A DNA stretch of 20,017 nt from Candidatus Sumerlaeaceae bacterium (GTDB lineage Bacteria > Sumerlaeota > Sumerlaeia > Sumerlaeales > Sumerlaeaceae): positions 1 through 20,017 of the forward strand of contig JBPCLP010000026.1 in assembly GCA_051003195.1 (NCBI GenBank), in the 5' to 3' direction. Shown here in pieces: positions 8,181 through 16,328 of this stretch (positions are counted from its first letter, which is position 1; each line of letters starts with the position of its first letter). A model generated the notes under the pieces. The model was given only the letters and a program-made list of their open reading frames with translations. It did no database searches and was not told where the DNA came from. Both the position numbers and the translations under genes were made by a program.

Positions 8181-11100
8181 TCATTTCGTCTGCGGCCGTA
8201 TAACAATCCGCATCGGGCCCGCCTGTGGATAGTCGGCCCTGCCCAGGCGCGCCCATCCGTTCCGGTTTGGAAATGCCCGCTCTCCTACGTTGACGGTTTG
8301 CGCATCCACGGCTGTAAACGTCTGGCTACTCTCTCCGTCCAACGACACCGAAATGGTCTTATCCTGCCCTGCGATCGTCGTACTCGTTTTACCATCGAAA
8401 GACAGCACTGGCCATACAAAGCTGGTACCATTCTTCGTCCCCACGACCTCTGAGACAATTTCCAGTTGATCCGGAGTCAGCATGTAGCGCTCCGAGACAA
8501 AATCGGGACCCGATAGATAGCCCTGGTAAACCACCTGAAATCCAACTCGGCCAGGTGCAGCTTCCACCCCAAACAAAGAGGCCTTTAAGCCCGAACCTTT
8601 GCCATACTCGCCCAGGCGGTGAAGCTGCCCATCAATGCCAGTCCATTGCGGTCCGATCGCCGAAATCGTCGTCTCCTGGTTTGGCATCTGCGGGTAGCCC
8701 TTCGTGACTAGAGTATCGCTCGGCCCGATCTGCGGGGTCATACCCGCTTTGTGGATGCGCACAAGTCCGTTTGCGTCGTAGTGCAGGTCCGCCGCTGTGT
8801 CGAGTTCCACGTACATACCACCCGCATTAGCAAAAATCTTGTGAAGATGCGGATCGATTTGCAGCACATATCCACCCACGTCGCACGGAGCAGGCTTCTC
8901 CGCTATGTCTTCGGTCGCACCCGCATGCTCCCACGCAATCGATAGCATCGCCATGGGTAACGTGTTGTACTGAGAGTGCGCCGAATAGCCCTCGAAGCCC
9001 TGCCGGTTTGACGGATCGACGTGATTCTTCACAATCGATAATTCGCCGCTCGGCCGAATCCAGCGCGTCATCGACCGCAGCGCAAGGTGCGCCGCACGTT
9101 TGAAAGCTGCTGCCAGCTCCAGCTTACCTTCTGCTTTCGCCTGTGCTGCGTAAATCTCATACGTAACGCACTGCTCTGCTTCGTTCCACTGGTGATGCGC
9201 ACTGCGTCCGCCCAAAGGCAGCTCGCCTTCTGGCGATTGCATGAAGAGGCTGGTGAGAGCGCCCCGCCTGATTACTTCGCCAATATCGCCGGAGTGCCGC
9301 AGGTTGTATCCGGCTGCAATCAGGTCTGCCGCCCAAAGCCGGGGGAAGTGGTCGTAAGCCATCGGCCCTTCCAGGTACAGACCGAATTGCGAACTGAAAG
9401 AGTCACCCTGCCCGGAAAGGCTCTCTTCGATGAAGGACGTATCTTTGCGCACCCCCAGCTTATGAAGGAGGTATTCACCACTCAGAGCAACAATGTTCCA
9501 GTTTCCCCTGCCCGGCGCGAACCGGTAAACGTACCACGGGTCGAAGTCGGCGATCTGCTTCGTCCACCTGGCGTATCGCTCAGCCGATACAAGCGGCTTA
9601 AGCAATGGGAGCCCATGGCCGAGCTGCGGTGCAAAAAAGTCCTCGTGCGCGCTGGCTGCCTGCCGCTGGCTGAGTGTCTGGACCGACCAATCCATTGCTT
9701 TAGCCGCTGGCTCGAGTAAATCACTCCTGCCGGCGTTCACGACCAGCTCTGCCGCGGCGAACGCAAAGCACGGGGTCGAGTACTGAAACTCCTCTTTCCG
9801 GTATGGATCGATAATCGCCCCGTTTGCATTCTGGTGCTGCTTAAAGAAATCGACGACGCCTGCAGTAACTTTAAGATAATCCGCTCGAGTGAGCCCGGTA
9901 GGCTTGAATCCAGGCGCAGTCTGTTGGTTCTGCAAAAAGGACGTCACGTAAGGCGCGGTGGGATCTGGCCATTTCGCGATATCCTGCCATGTATCTTTGA
10001 TTTTCGTGGGTGATGTGGCAGAATCCGCCACCACGAGTTTCTCCGTGATGAGTAATGCCGTGCCACCGTCTTCTCCGCGATCGATACTCAGCGCATTGAG
10101 CGTCCAATTCTTACTAGGGGTCGAGAATTGCAGATCGAGATGGCTCAGGAATCCATTCACGCTTTTCGGAACCTGGATCGGCAGCACGAGAGTTGCCGCT
10201 TCGCCAGGCCGCGGCTTGATCAGCGGGTTGTCAGCGGAGCCCGCAATTGAGACTTTCAGTGCATGATCACCGTGCTCCGTATCCGCGCACACCATTCTGA
10301 GCGTGTACGGCCCGGGAGACAGATCGACTCGGAATGTCGCCGGGCGATTTCCCACCACAAAGTCTCGACGGATGGAGTCGGATTTTTTGCGGTCTCGAAC
10401 AGCGAGCGTTTCCGCGCCTTCCAACCACCCAAAGCCCCGTTCAACTGTGTAAGTCGTCTCATTTGCCACGGCCGTGTAGCCCTTCTCCGTCACTCCACCA
10501 AAGTCAAAACGCCTGTTGTCGAGCCGGAGCACCTCACTACCTGCCAGAAGGAATGCACCCACCGCATATTCGTGCGTGTCCGAAGGGTCCACGGCTCCTG
10601 GAGCTCCTGCTACTTTTTGCACATAGCCCAGCCTGCCTTCAGGTGTCAGCGCAGCATTGAGGCCCTTCCAGGCGCGGTGGGCTACCGGCACGTACTTTCG
10701 TCGCTCCAGCATGCCGTTGTTCAGCGCCCAGGCGAAGCCGTAGCAGAAGAACCCGCTACCGCTGGTTTCACTGGTCGTGAAATCATCTGGATCAAGGAGA
10801 CTCGGGCGCCAGAGTCCGTCCGCCTGTTGCAGATCCGCAAGTTTTGTAAGCATTTCACGGAACAGTTGAAGGAAACGCGGATAGCTGGGATCGTCCTTTG
10901 GCAGGTACTGCAGCACTCGCACCAGTCCCCCAACCACCCAGCCGTTTCCACGGGACCAGAATACCTTTTTGCCGTTCTTCGTTCTGGCAGCAAAGTAGTC
11001 CGCATCGCGATAAAAGAGGTGCTCTTCCTTATCGTAGAGAAACTCGTGTGTATCCCAGTAAAGGTCGTTCATAAAAGCCAGGTACTTGCGCTCGCCCGTA

Positions 11101-11621
11101 GCTGACGCGAGGCGTGCGAGCGCCGGCGGCGCCATGAACAGGGCATCGCACCACCACCACTCCACACGGCCCGGTTGTGGAGCGGCCATCTGCTGGTCAA
11201 AACACGCCTGCATGCCTGCTATACGCCTGGGATCTTTTTGCAGCAGGTAGAGTTCTGCGTATGTCTGGCCACAGGCCTGGTTATCCGCGTGACGGGTGTT
11301 TGGAGGAACCGGTGTCCAGTTCAGCGCGTCTGCCCACCGGGTGGCTGCTTCCAGGTACTTGGGTTCTTTTGTCGTCTCGTAGGTAGCCATCACGCCTGTG
11401 TAAAAAGCCGAACGTATCCATCCGTTATTCTCTTTGCCGCCGGTGGTGATCCGCATCGCGGCCTGCTGCTGGAGCTGATAGTCGCACGCCTTGCGCATTG
11501 CCTCGACAATGGACGACGATGTGAGGCCGGTTTCTTGTGCCCTCGAAATAAATGAGCATGAAGAAAACAGCAATATACCTGCGGTAATAATGCAAAACGG
11601 CTGGCGACAAGCAGGATTCAT
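8181..11621 (-). CDS. Secreted multidomain CAZyme: GH105/GH88-like unsaturated uronyl hydrolase + galactose-binding-like beta-sandwich + unassigned C-terminal domain
   Basis: Signal-like N-terminus from ATG 11621 (GAGG RBS). GH105 motifs HADNQACGQ, WWWCDALFMAPP, FWSRGNGW, ETSGSGFFCY, YAVGAFLLAG. Then FDFG...YTVERGFGW...TFRVDLSPGPY, then a ~600-aa further domain. Confidence 0.9.
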   Translation of the reverse strand: MNPACRQPFCIITAGILLFSSCSFISRAQETGLTSSSIVEAMRKACDYQLQQQAAMRITTGGKENNGWIRSAFYTGVMATYETTKEPKYLEAATRWADALNWTPVPPNTRHADNQACGQTYAELYLLQKDPRRIAGMQACFDQQMAAPQPGRVEWWWCDALFMAPPALARLASATGERKYLAFMNDLYWDTHEFLYDKEEHLFYRDADYFAARTKNGKKVFWSRGNGWVVGGLVRVLQYLPKDDPSYPRFLQLFREMLTKLADLQQADGLWRPSLLDPDDFTTSETSGSGFFCYGFAWALNNGMLERRKYVPVAHRAWKGLNAALTPEGRLGYVQKVAGAPGAVDPSDTHEYAVGAFLLAGSEVLRLDNRRFDFGGVTEKGYTAVANETTYTVERGFGWLEGAETLAVRDRKKSDSIRRDFVVGNRPATFRVDLSPGPYTLRMVCADTEHGDHALKVSIAGSADNPLIKPRPGEAATLVLPIQVPKSVNGFLSHLDLQFSTPSKNWTLNALSIDRGEDGGTALLITEKLVVADSATSPTKIKDTWQDIAKWPDPTAPYVTSFLQNQQTAPGFKPTGLTRADYLKVTAGVVDFFKQHQNANGAIIDPYRKEEFQYSTPCFAFAAAELVVNAGRSDLLEPAAKAMDWSVQTLSQRQAASAHEDFFAPQLGHGLPLLKPLVSAERYARWTKQIADFDPWYVYRFAPGRGNWNIVALSGEYLLHKLGVRKDTSFIEESLSGQGDSFSSQFGLYLEGPMAYDHFPRLWAADLIAAGYNLRHSGDIGEVIRRGALTSLFMQSPEGELPLGGRSAHHQWNEAEQCVTYEIYAAQAKAEGKLELAAAFKRAAHLALRSMTRWIRPSGELSIVKNHVDPSNRQGFEGYSAHSQYNTLPMAMLSIAWEHAGATEDIAEKPAPCDVGGYVLQIDPHLHKIFANAGGMYVELDTAADLHYDANGLVRIHKAGMTPQIGPSDTLVTKGYPQMPNQETTISAIGPQWTGIDGQLHRLGEYGKGSGLKASLFGVEAAPGRVGFQVVYQGYLSGPDFVSERYMLTPDQLEIVSEVVGTKNGTSFVWPVLSFDGKTSTTIAGQDKTISVSLDGESSQTFTAVDAQTVNVGERAFPNRNGWARLGRADYPQAGPMRIVIRPQTK

Positions 11622-11700
11622 ACTGGCCTCGCGGGTTTCAAGTGACGGGGCAGACACATCTCGAGCCACAACTTCGATGCAAGTGCATTTCAGCGGCGGT

Positions 11701-12075
11701 GGGGCTGTTGACAAAACCGACACCGGACGTGCGCTTGTTCGCTACACTGTCATCCCCATACTCACCGTCGCCCTCATCCCCATCCGTGTCATCCGTATAA
11801 TCCGTGGTTGAGAAAGTGGTGCGCGACCGCTCACCAGCTCGGTGCCCTCCTCCGGCTTCGGGCGACGATACTTCGCATAGAAATAATCCTCGCCCGAGCG
11901 AAAAACCAATCTCATTCACCAGTTTGCGAATCGTCGAACATGAACAGCCGCAGGCGCAAACCTGCAAATCTCGATTCACCGGCCGTTTCATCCGTGTAAT
12001 CCGTGTAATCCGTGGTTGGGAAAGTGGCGCGACCGCTCACCAGCACGGCGCCCTCCGGGTTTTTCAACAGCCCCC
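11701..12075. mobile_element. MITE-like non-autonomous element
   Basis: TIRs GGGGCTGTTGACAAAACC (11701-11718) and GGTTTTTCAACAGCCCC (12058-12074); CGGT on both flanks (11697-11700, 12076-12079); no transposase ORF. Confidence 0.65.
11781..12056. repeat. Two ~70-bp direct repeats, each starting with three 9-mers (ATCCGTGTA-like)
   Basis: 11781-11850 vs 11989-12056: 5 mismatches and one 2-nt indel. Confidence 0.95.
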
Positions 12076-12082
12076 CGGTCCG

Positions 12083-12613
12083 CTACTTCTCCGCAGCCAG
12101 CTTTTCCACCTCGGCGACCAGCTCGTCCACCTCTGCAGGGTTGAATCCCGCATGCAGGTTTCGAATTTTGCCTCTGCGATCCACGATGAGCGACCGGGGT
12201 AAAAACTGTCCGCCCACAGTGGAGCTGAAAGAACTCTCAGGGTCCGTGAGCAGCGGAAACTTCAGCTTCGACTCTTTAGAATAAGCCGCGACCGTCGACG
12301 CGTCTTCTCCGACATTCACTCCGACCACCACAACGCCTTTGTCTTTGAGCGCGTGGTGTATTTTCTCGTCCAGCACTGGCAATTCCATCCGGCACGGCGG
12401 ACACCATGACGCCCAGAGAGCAATTACACCGACCTTCCCTGAAAGATCTGCAGAAGTAAACGGCTTACCATCTGCGGTTTTCAGCTGAAATGCCGGTAAA
12501 GCGTCGCCGCGTTTGATGGTCCAGGTATCCTCGGTCGAGGCAGACTGGCAGCCAGCCAGAATCGCAGCCGTCACACACATAGCCGCCAGGACAAGACTAT
12601 ACGATTTTCGCAT
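12083..12613 (-). CDS. TlpA/ResA-family thiol:disulfide oxidoreductase lipoprotein
   Basis: Lipobox LAGC, WASWCPPCRMELP, LPRSLIVDRRGKI; GGAG RBS; starts 8 bp after the GT2 stop. Confidence 0.93.
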   Translation of the reverse strand: MRKSYSLVLAAMCVTAAILAGCQSASTEDTWTIKRGDALPAFQLKTADGKPFTSADLSGKVGVIALWASWCPPCRMELPVLDEKIHHALKDKGVVVVGVNVGEDASTVAAYSKESKLKFPLLTDPESSFSSTVGGQFLPRSLIVDRRGKIRNLHAGFNPAEVDELVAEVEKLAAEK

Positions 12614-12621
12614 TGGAACTC

Positions 12622-14115
12622 CTAACCCTTACTGGCTGAGTTGATGGTTTGCCGGCGTTTCAGCGCGTTGAGCCGGGCGTTGTTTTTGTTCTCGATCTTC
12701 ATCAGCGGATCGCGTGTCACGTCCGTATTATCCCCGTGCCGCCGATAACGGTACAGGACCTTATGGACACGATCGACATCGTACTTTTCGCCAACCTTGA
12801 GAACCATGTCATAGTCTTCGCCAAAGTTACCGAAGTGCTCCTCGTCGTAATACCCCATCTCTTCGAGTACTACTTTCGGGAACACGCGTAATGCGCCTGC
12901 GCCATCGCGGCGAAGGATCTGGTTGCGCGTGTAGCCGCTGTGGGTCACCGGGTCGATATCCTTTACCTGGCCGCGGTTCTCGTCCATCAGCTCATAATAG
13001 GATATCGCCAGGCCGCACTTCGGGTGCGATTCCATGTGCCCGACCATCTGCTCCAATGTGTCCGGCGTGTACTCGTCATCGGAATCCAACTGGCAGATAT
13101 ACTTGCCGCGTGCGGCGCGGATACCCTCGTTAAGTGCCGATGCGATGCTGCCGCCCTTGCCCTGAATGAGTCGCACGCGTGGGTCCTTTTTCTCGTACTC
13201 ACGCACCACATCCTGCGTGCCGTCGGTCGAGCCGTTGTCCACCACTGCAACTTCGAAGTCTTTGAATGTGCCCTCAAGCACCCGGTCTATCGCATTGCCA
13301 ATAAAACGCGCGCGGTTCAACACCGGGATGACAACCGTCGCCAGCACGGGGTACTTTTCTTTTGGATACTGCACCTCCACGGTAGGACGATCGATGTAAG
13401 CGCCGCGGCGATGCAGCATCTCCTCAAAGACAGTCGTGATCTCTTTCTCAAGATCGGGCGGATAAAAAATGTAGGAGAAGCCTCCAAGCTTCCCTTTGCC
13501 TGGCGAATGCAATGCGCCCGTGTCCGCGCCACTTGCCTGCTCTACCGGCATAATCTCATACAACGGCTCATCCACAAATTCGATAACGTGCTTGTCCGTC
13601 AATTTCAGGTCGAGATCGTATTCGCCGGTGTGTACAAGGTCTTCCCGCACGCCCTTTTCCTCGCGAACGGCACTCGTGCGATAGACCTTCACAAACCCGA
13701 AATCGAAACGCTCGTGAACCGCCCCTTCGTGCGGATACAACTGGATCAGCTTCTCGCCAGAAGATGTGCGTTCGTTGTAAGAAGAGAATGCAGCGGCAGC
13801 TTCCTGGTGATTATCAAAGAGCTCCGCAAATACCCGAAGTGCGTGGGGTTTGAGCGCGATACCTTCCGCGAGCGGAACGATAAGATAACCACCACCGCTT
13901 TCGACTGCCCAGTTGATCAGCTTCGCGAAAGTGGCAAGACCAGCCGGGCCGATTTCGAACCGCGGATCGTCGGCTGCCGCAACCCCGTTGCCGGCTCCCG
14001 GAAGTAGATAAGCTTTCCAGTCGGAAAACTCCTGGGCCTTGAGGCTGACGATTCGCGGGTCGTTCTCCCAGTTATGACCTTCACCAATCGGCAGTAATAT
14101 AGTGAACTTAGGCAA
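12622..14115 (-). CDS. Family 2 glycosyltransferase with a tandem degenerate N-terminal GT-A-like domain
   Basis: TVVIPVLNR, VVDNGSTDGT, QLDSDD, GEDYD, LYRYRRH. Probable TTG start at 14115 with AAAGGA 8 nt upstream (the ORF track extends to 14178). Confidence 0.92.
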   Translation of the reverse strand: MPKFTILLPIGEGHNWENDPRIVSLKAQEFSDWKAYLLPGAGNGVAAADDPRFEIGPAGLATFAKLINWAVESGGGYLIVPLAEGIALKPHALRVFAELFDNHQEAAAAFSSYNERTSSGEKLIQLYPHEGAVHERFDFGFVKVYRTSAVREEKGVREDLVHTGEYDLDLKLTDKHVIEFVDEPLYEIMPVEQASGADTGALHSPGKGKLGGFSYIFYPPDLEKEITTVFEEMLHRRGAYIDRPTVEVQYPKEKYPVLATVVIPVLNRARFIGNAIDRVLEGTFKDFEVAVVDNGSTDGTQDVVREYEKKDPRVRLIQGKGGSIASALNEGIRAARGKYICQLDSDDEYTPDTLEQMVGHMESHPKCGLAISYYELMDENRGQVKDIDPVTHSGYTRNQILRRDGAGALRVFPKVVLEEMGYYDEEHFGNFGEDYDMVLKVGEKYDVDRVHKVLYRYRRHGDNTDVTRDPLMKIENKNNARLNALKRRQTINSASKG

Positions 14116-14219
14116 TATAGGGGTCCTTTTCGCTAAACTGTGTGGGATGGTACAACGGGGCTGTACCACCGGATGCAAATACTTTCCGGATAAAGATGCG
14201 TTCGTAAAAGTCTATGGGT

Positions 14220-15086
14220 TCAGCTCGACGCTTTTGCCAGGGTCTCCTGCACAAGTTCGGAATATCGCTCCTGCAACAATCCAAATGTGGCGCCAGGACG
14301 GGCTTCGCCAACGGCATTGCCGTTGAAACGGATAACAGGCATGAGCTCGCTTACGGAAGATGTCAGGAACATCTCCTCCGCCTTTTCCAGTTCCGCGAGT
14401 GAAAGAGGTGACTCCTCCACCTTCCAGCCTTCGCGGCGTGCAAGTCTCATCACATGCATTCGCGTGACGCCCGCAAGGCAGGGACTCGACAGCGGAGGCG
14501 TGCGCAAATACCCATAACCAGGTACTGCAAACAAGTTGGAATACGTGGCTTCGCACACTTCACTCTCCGCATTGAGAAAAAGGGCGTCGTCTGCTTCGAG
14601 TTGTTTTGCCTCCTGTTGAGCAATGGCCGTGGCAAGCAGGTTGAGAGACTTGATGTGGAACAACCTGCAGGTTGGAAGCCGCCGGTCGGCGGCTGTGATC
14701 ATTACCAGTCCCTTTTTGCGGCGTTCTTCCATTGCATGGGTCGCCAATGGCCAGACGAGAATCGCCATATTCACGGACGTGGAAATCTCCAGGCTGCTGG
14801 ATCGGTGAACGACAATACGGATGCGCGCGTCCTGGCTACTCATCTCATTGGCCTCCAGCAGCGCCTGGATACGCGAGCGCCAGCGCCCTTGCCCTATATC
14901 GGCTTCAATGCGAAGCATCGAACAGCCCTCCTGCAATCGGCGCAGATGCGTGTCGAGGTCGAATGGCATACCACCATAACAGCGGAGAGTTTCATACAAG
15001 CCGTCCGCCAGCGCACTGGGCTGCCCTGCCAGGCTTGCGGTCGCTGCTGTGTCGAGTACGAGTTGCCCGTTCCAATCGAGAATCAT
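14220..15086 (-). CDS. PLP-dependent aminotransferase class IV (PabC / D-amino-acid / branched-chain aminotransferase family)
   Basis: DGLYETLR, HLRRL, catalytic Lys in HIKSLN, EATYSNLF, LAGVTR, EMFLTSS; start at MILDWNG. Confidence 0.92.
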   Translation of the reverse strand: MILDWNGQLVLDTAATASLAGQPSALADGLYETLRCYGGMPFDLDTHLRRLQEGCSMLRIEADIGQGRWRSRIQALLEANEMSSQDARIRIVVHRSSSLEISTSVNMAILVWPLATHAMEERRKKGLVMITAADRRLPTCRLFHIKSLNLLATAIAQQEAKQLEADDALFLNAESEVCEATYSNLFAVPGYGYLRTPPLSSPCLAGVTRMHVMRLARREGWKVEESPLSLAELEKAEEMFLTSSVSELMPVIRFNGNAVGEARPGATFGLLQERYSELVQETLAKASS

Positions 15087-15249
15087 GGCGCCTACTGGAG
15101 AGCGCGATATGTGCAACTGCAAGCTTTCGGGCAAGGCACAGCGACGGGCTTGACAGCGCCTTTCCGTAGTCTGCGGTTAGCACCAACAGGCTTAAAAATC
15201 GGCGCGGGCTGTCACCGACGCCCAACTGAACAGATCGAGGAGAACAAAC

Positions 15250-15855
15250 ATGGCATTTTCACTGCCTCCGCTGCCCTATGCTTATGATGCGCTGGAGCCG
15301 CATATTGATAAAGAAACGATGACGATCCACCACGATAAGCACCACGCCGCTTACGTGAATAACCTGAACGCCGCACTGGAAGGTAAGGCGGACCTTGCCA
15401 GTAAATCGGTGGAAGACCTCGTGAAGGATCTCAACGCCGTACCGGAAGCCAGCCGCGCTCCCGTGCGCAACAATGCGGGCGGACACCTGAATCACACGAT
15501 GTTCTGGGAGATCATGACTCCGGGCGGCGCGAAAGAACCCGCGGGCGAGCTGGCCAGTGCGATCGGCAGCGCCTTCGGCAGCTTTGAGGACTTCAAAAAG
15601 CAGTTCAACGAGGCGGGCGTTAAGCGCTTTGGATCTGGCTGGGTGTGGCTGATTAACAAAGCCGGAAAGCTGGAGATCGTCTCAACCCCGAACCAGGACA
15701 ACCCGATGATGGATGGCCAGCCGGCACCGATACTCGGCAACGACGTGTGGGAACATGCCTATTATCTCAAATACCAGAACCGCCGGCCCGATTACCTCGG
15801 CGCATGGTGGAACGTGGTGAACTGGGATAAGGTCGCGGAGCGGTTTAAACGCTAA
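15250..15855 (+). CDS. sodA: Superoxide dismutase (Mn-type signature)
   Basis: [55 protein letters not shown]. Confidence 0.96.
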   Translation: MAFSLPPLPYAYDALEPHIDKETMTIHHDKHHAAYVNNLNAALEGKADLASKSVEDLVKDLNAVPEASRAPVRNNAGGHLNHTMFWEIMTPGGAKEPAGELASAIGSAFGSFEDFKKQFNEAGVKRFGSGWVWLINKAGKLEIVSTPNQDNPMMDGQPAPILGNDVWEHAYYLKYQNRRPDYLGAWWNVVNWDKVAERFKR

Positions 15856-15884
15856 GCGGTATTCGCTTTATGTGTACCGATAGT

Positions 15885-15916
15885 AACTGCCGCCCACCTG
15901 GGCGGCAGTTTGTTTT
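15885..15916 (+). terminator. Rho-independent terminator of sodA
   Basis: Inverted repeat AACTGCCGCCCA-CC-TGGGCGGCAGTT followed by TGTTTT, 30 bp after the stop. Confidence 0.88.
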
Positions 15917-16128
15917 AGATGCTCTGCGCAGCGTTGATGCGCGATCCACGGATTAAGTTCCCACCTGGGAAGTGACACCCCTCGCCCGTCATGCTAGCGT
16001 GCGCCCGGTTCTTTGAAAATTCCAGGCACCCAGCTAGATTTACCTCCCGTCTGGTGCATCCCAAAACAACGCCGTCCGGAGCGGGTCAGACGACTGAGAT
16101 TTACCGCGTCCACAATTCACCACTTCCT

Positions 16129-16292
16129 AATTTGTGCGCATTGCCAAACGATTGCAGCTACTGCTTTTACAAGCGATTTGCGACCGAAAAGTTCAAGAGC
16201 ACAAATTCATTTTGTGCGCTTGAACTCTAACCCCAGCAATATCAATGCTCCAACCCCTGCACAAAATACGCCGAATTTGTGCGCTTGAACTC
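16129..16292. repeat. Array of direct and inverted GAATTTGTGCGCTTGAACTC motifs
   Basis: Direct copies at 16211-16227 and 16273-16292, inverted copy at 16190-16208, partial copies at 16129-16140 and 16259-16266 (inverted). Confidence 0.85.
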
Positions 16293-16308
16293 CTAAAGCA
16301 CACGCGGC

Positions 16309-16328
16309 CGGGGCACTTGAACGCCCCG
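16309..16328 (-). terminator. GC-rich hairpin immediately after the oxidoreductase stop
   Basis: CGGGGC-8 nt-GCCCCG abutting the stop codon; no U-tract, so a terminator role is uncertain. Confidence 0.35.

Noticed and set aside
11638..12202. ORFs across the MITE-like element (e.g. TTDYTDDTDGDEG, IRVIRVIRG)
   Set aside because: The low-complexity peptides are translations of the 6-mer and 9-mer DNA repeats; no transposase motifs.
12940..14007. 355-aa plus-strand ORF
   Set aside because: Antisense shadow of the GT2 gene with no recognisable motifs. The same applies to other long shadows (7428-8060, 10263-11105, 14454-15287, 18193-18831, 18855-19460).
14220..15086. Specific assignment as pabC
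   Set aside because: No pabA/pabB nearby, and the motifs do not discriminate among class IV members by eye.
15150..15180. sodA promoter from a perfect TTGACA
   Set aside because: No acceptable -10 hexamer at 16-18 nt spacing.
15991..16288. 79-aa and 91-aa ORFs after sodA
   Set aside because: No RBS or recognisable domain; they run through the repeat array downstream of a strong terminator.
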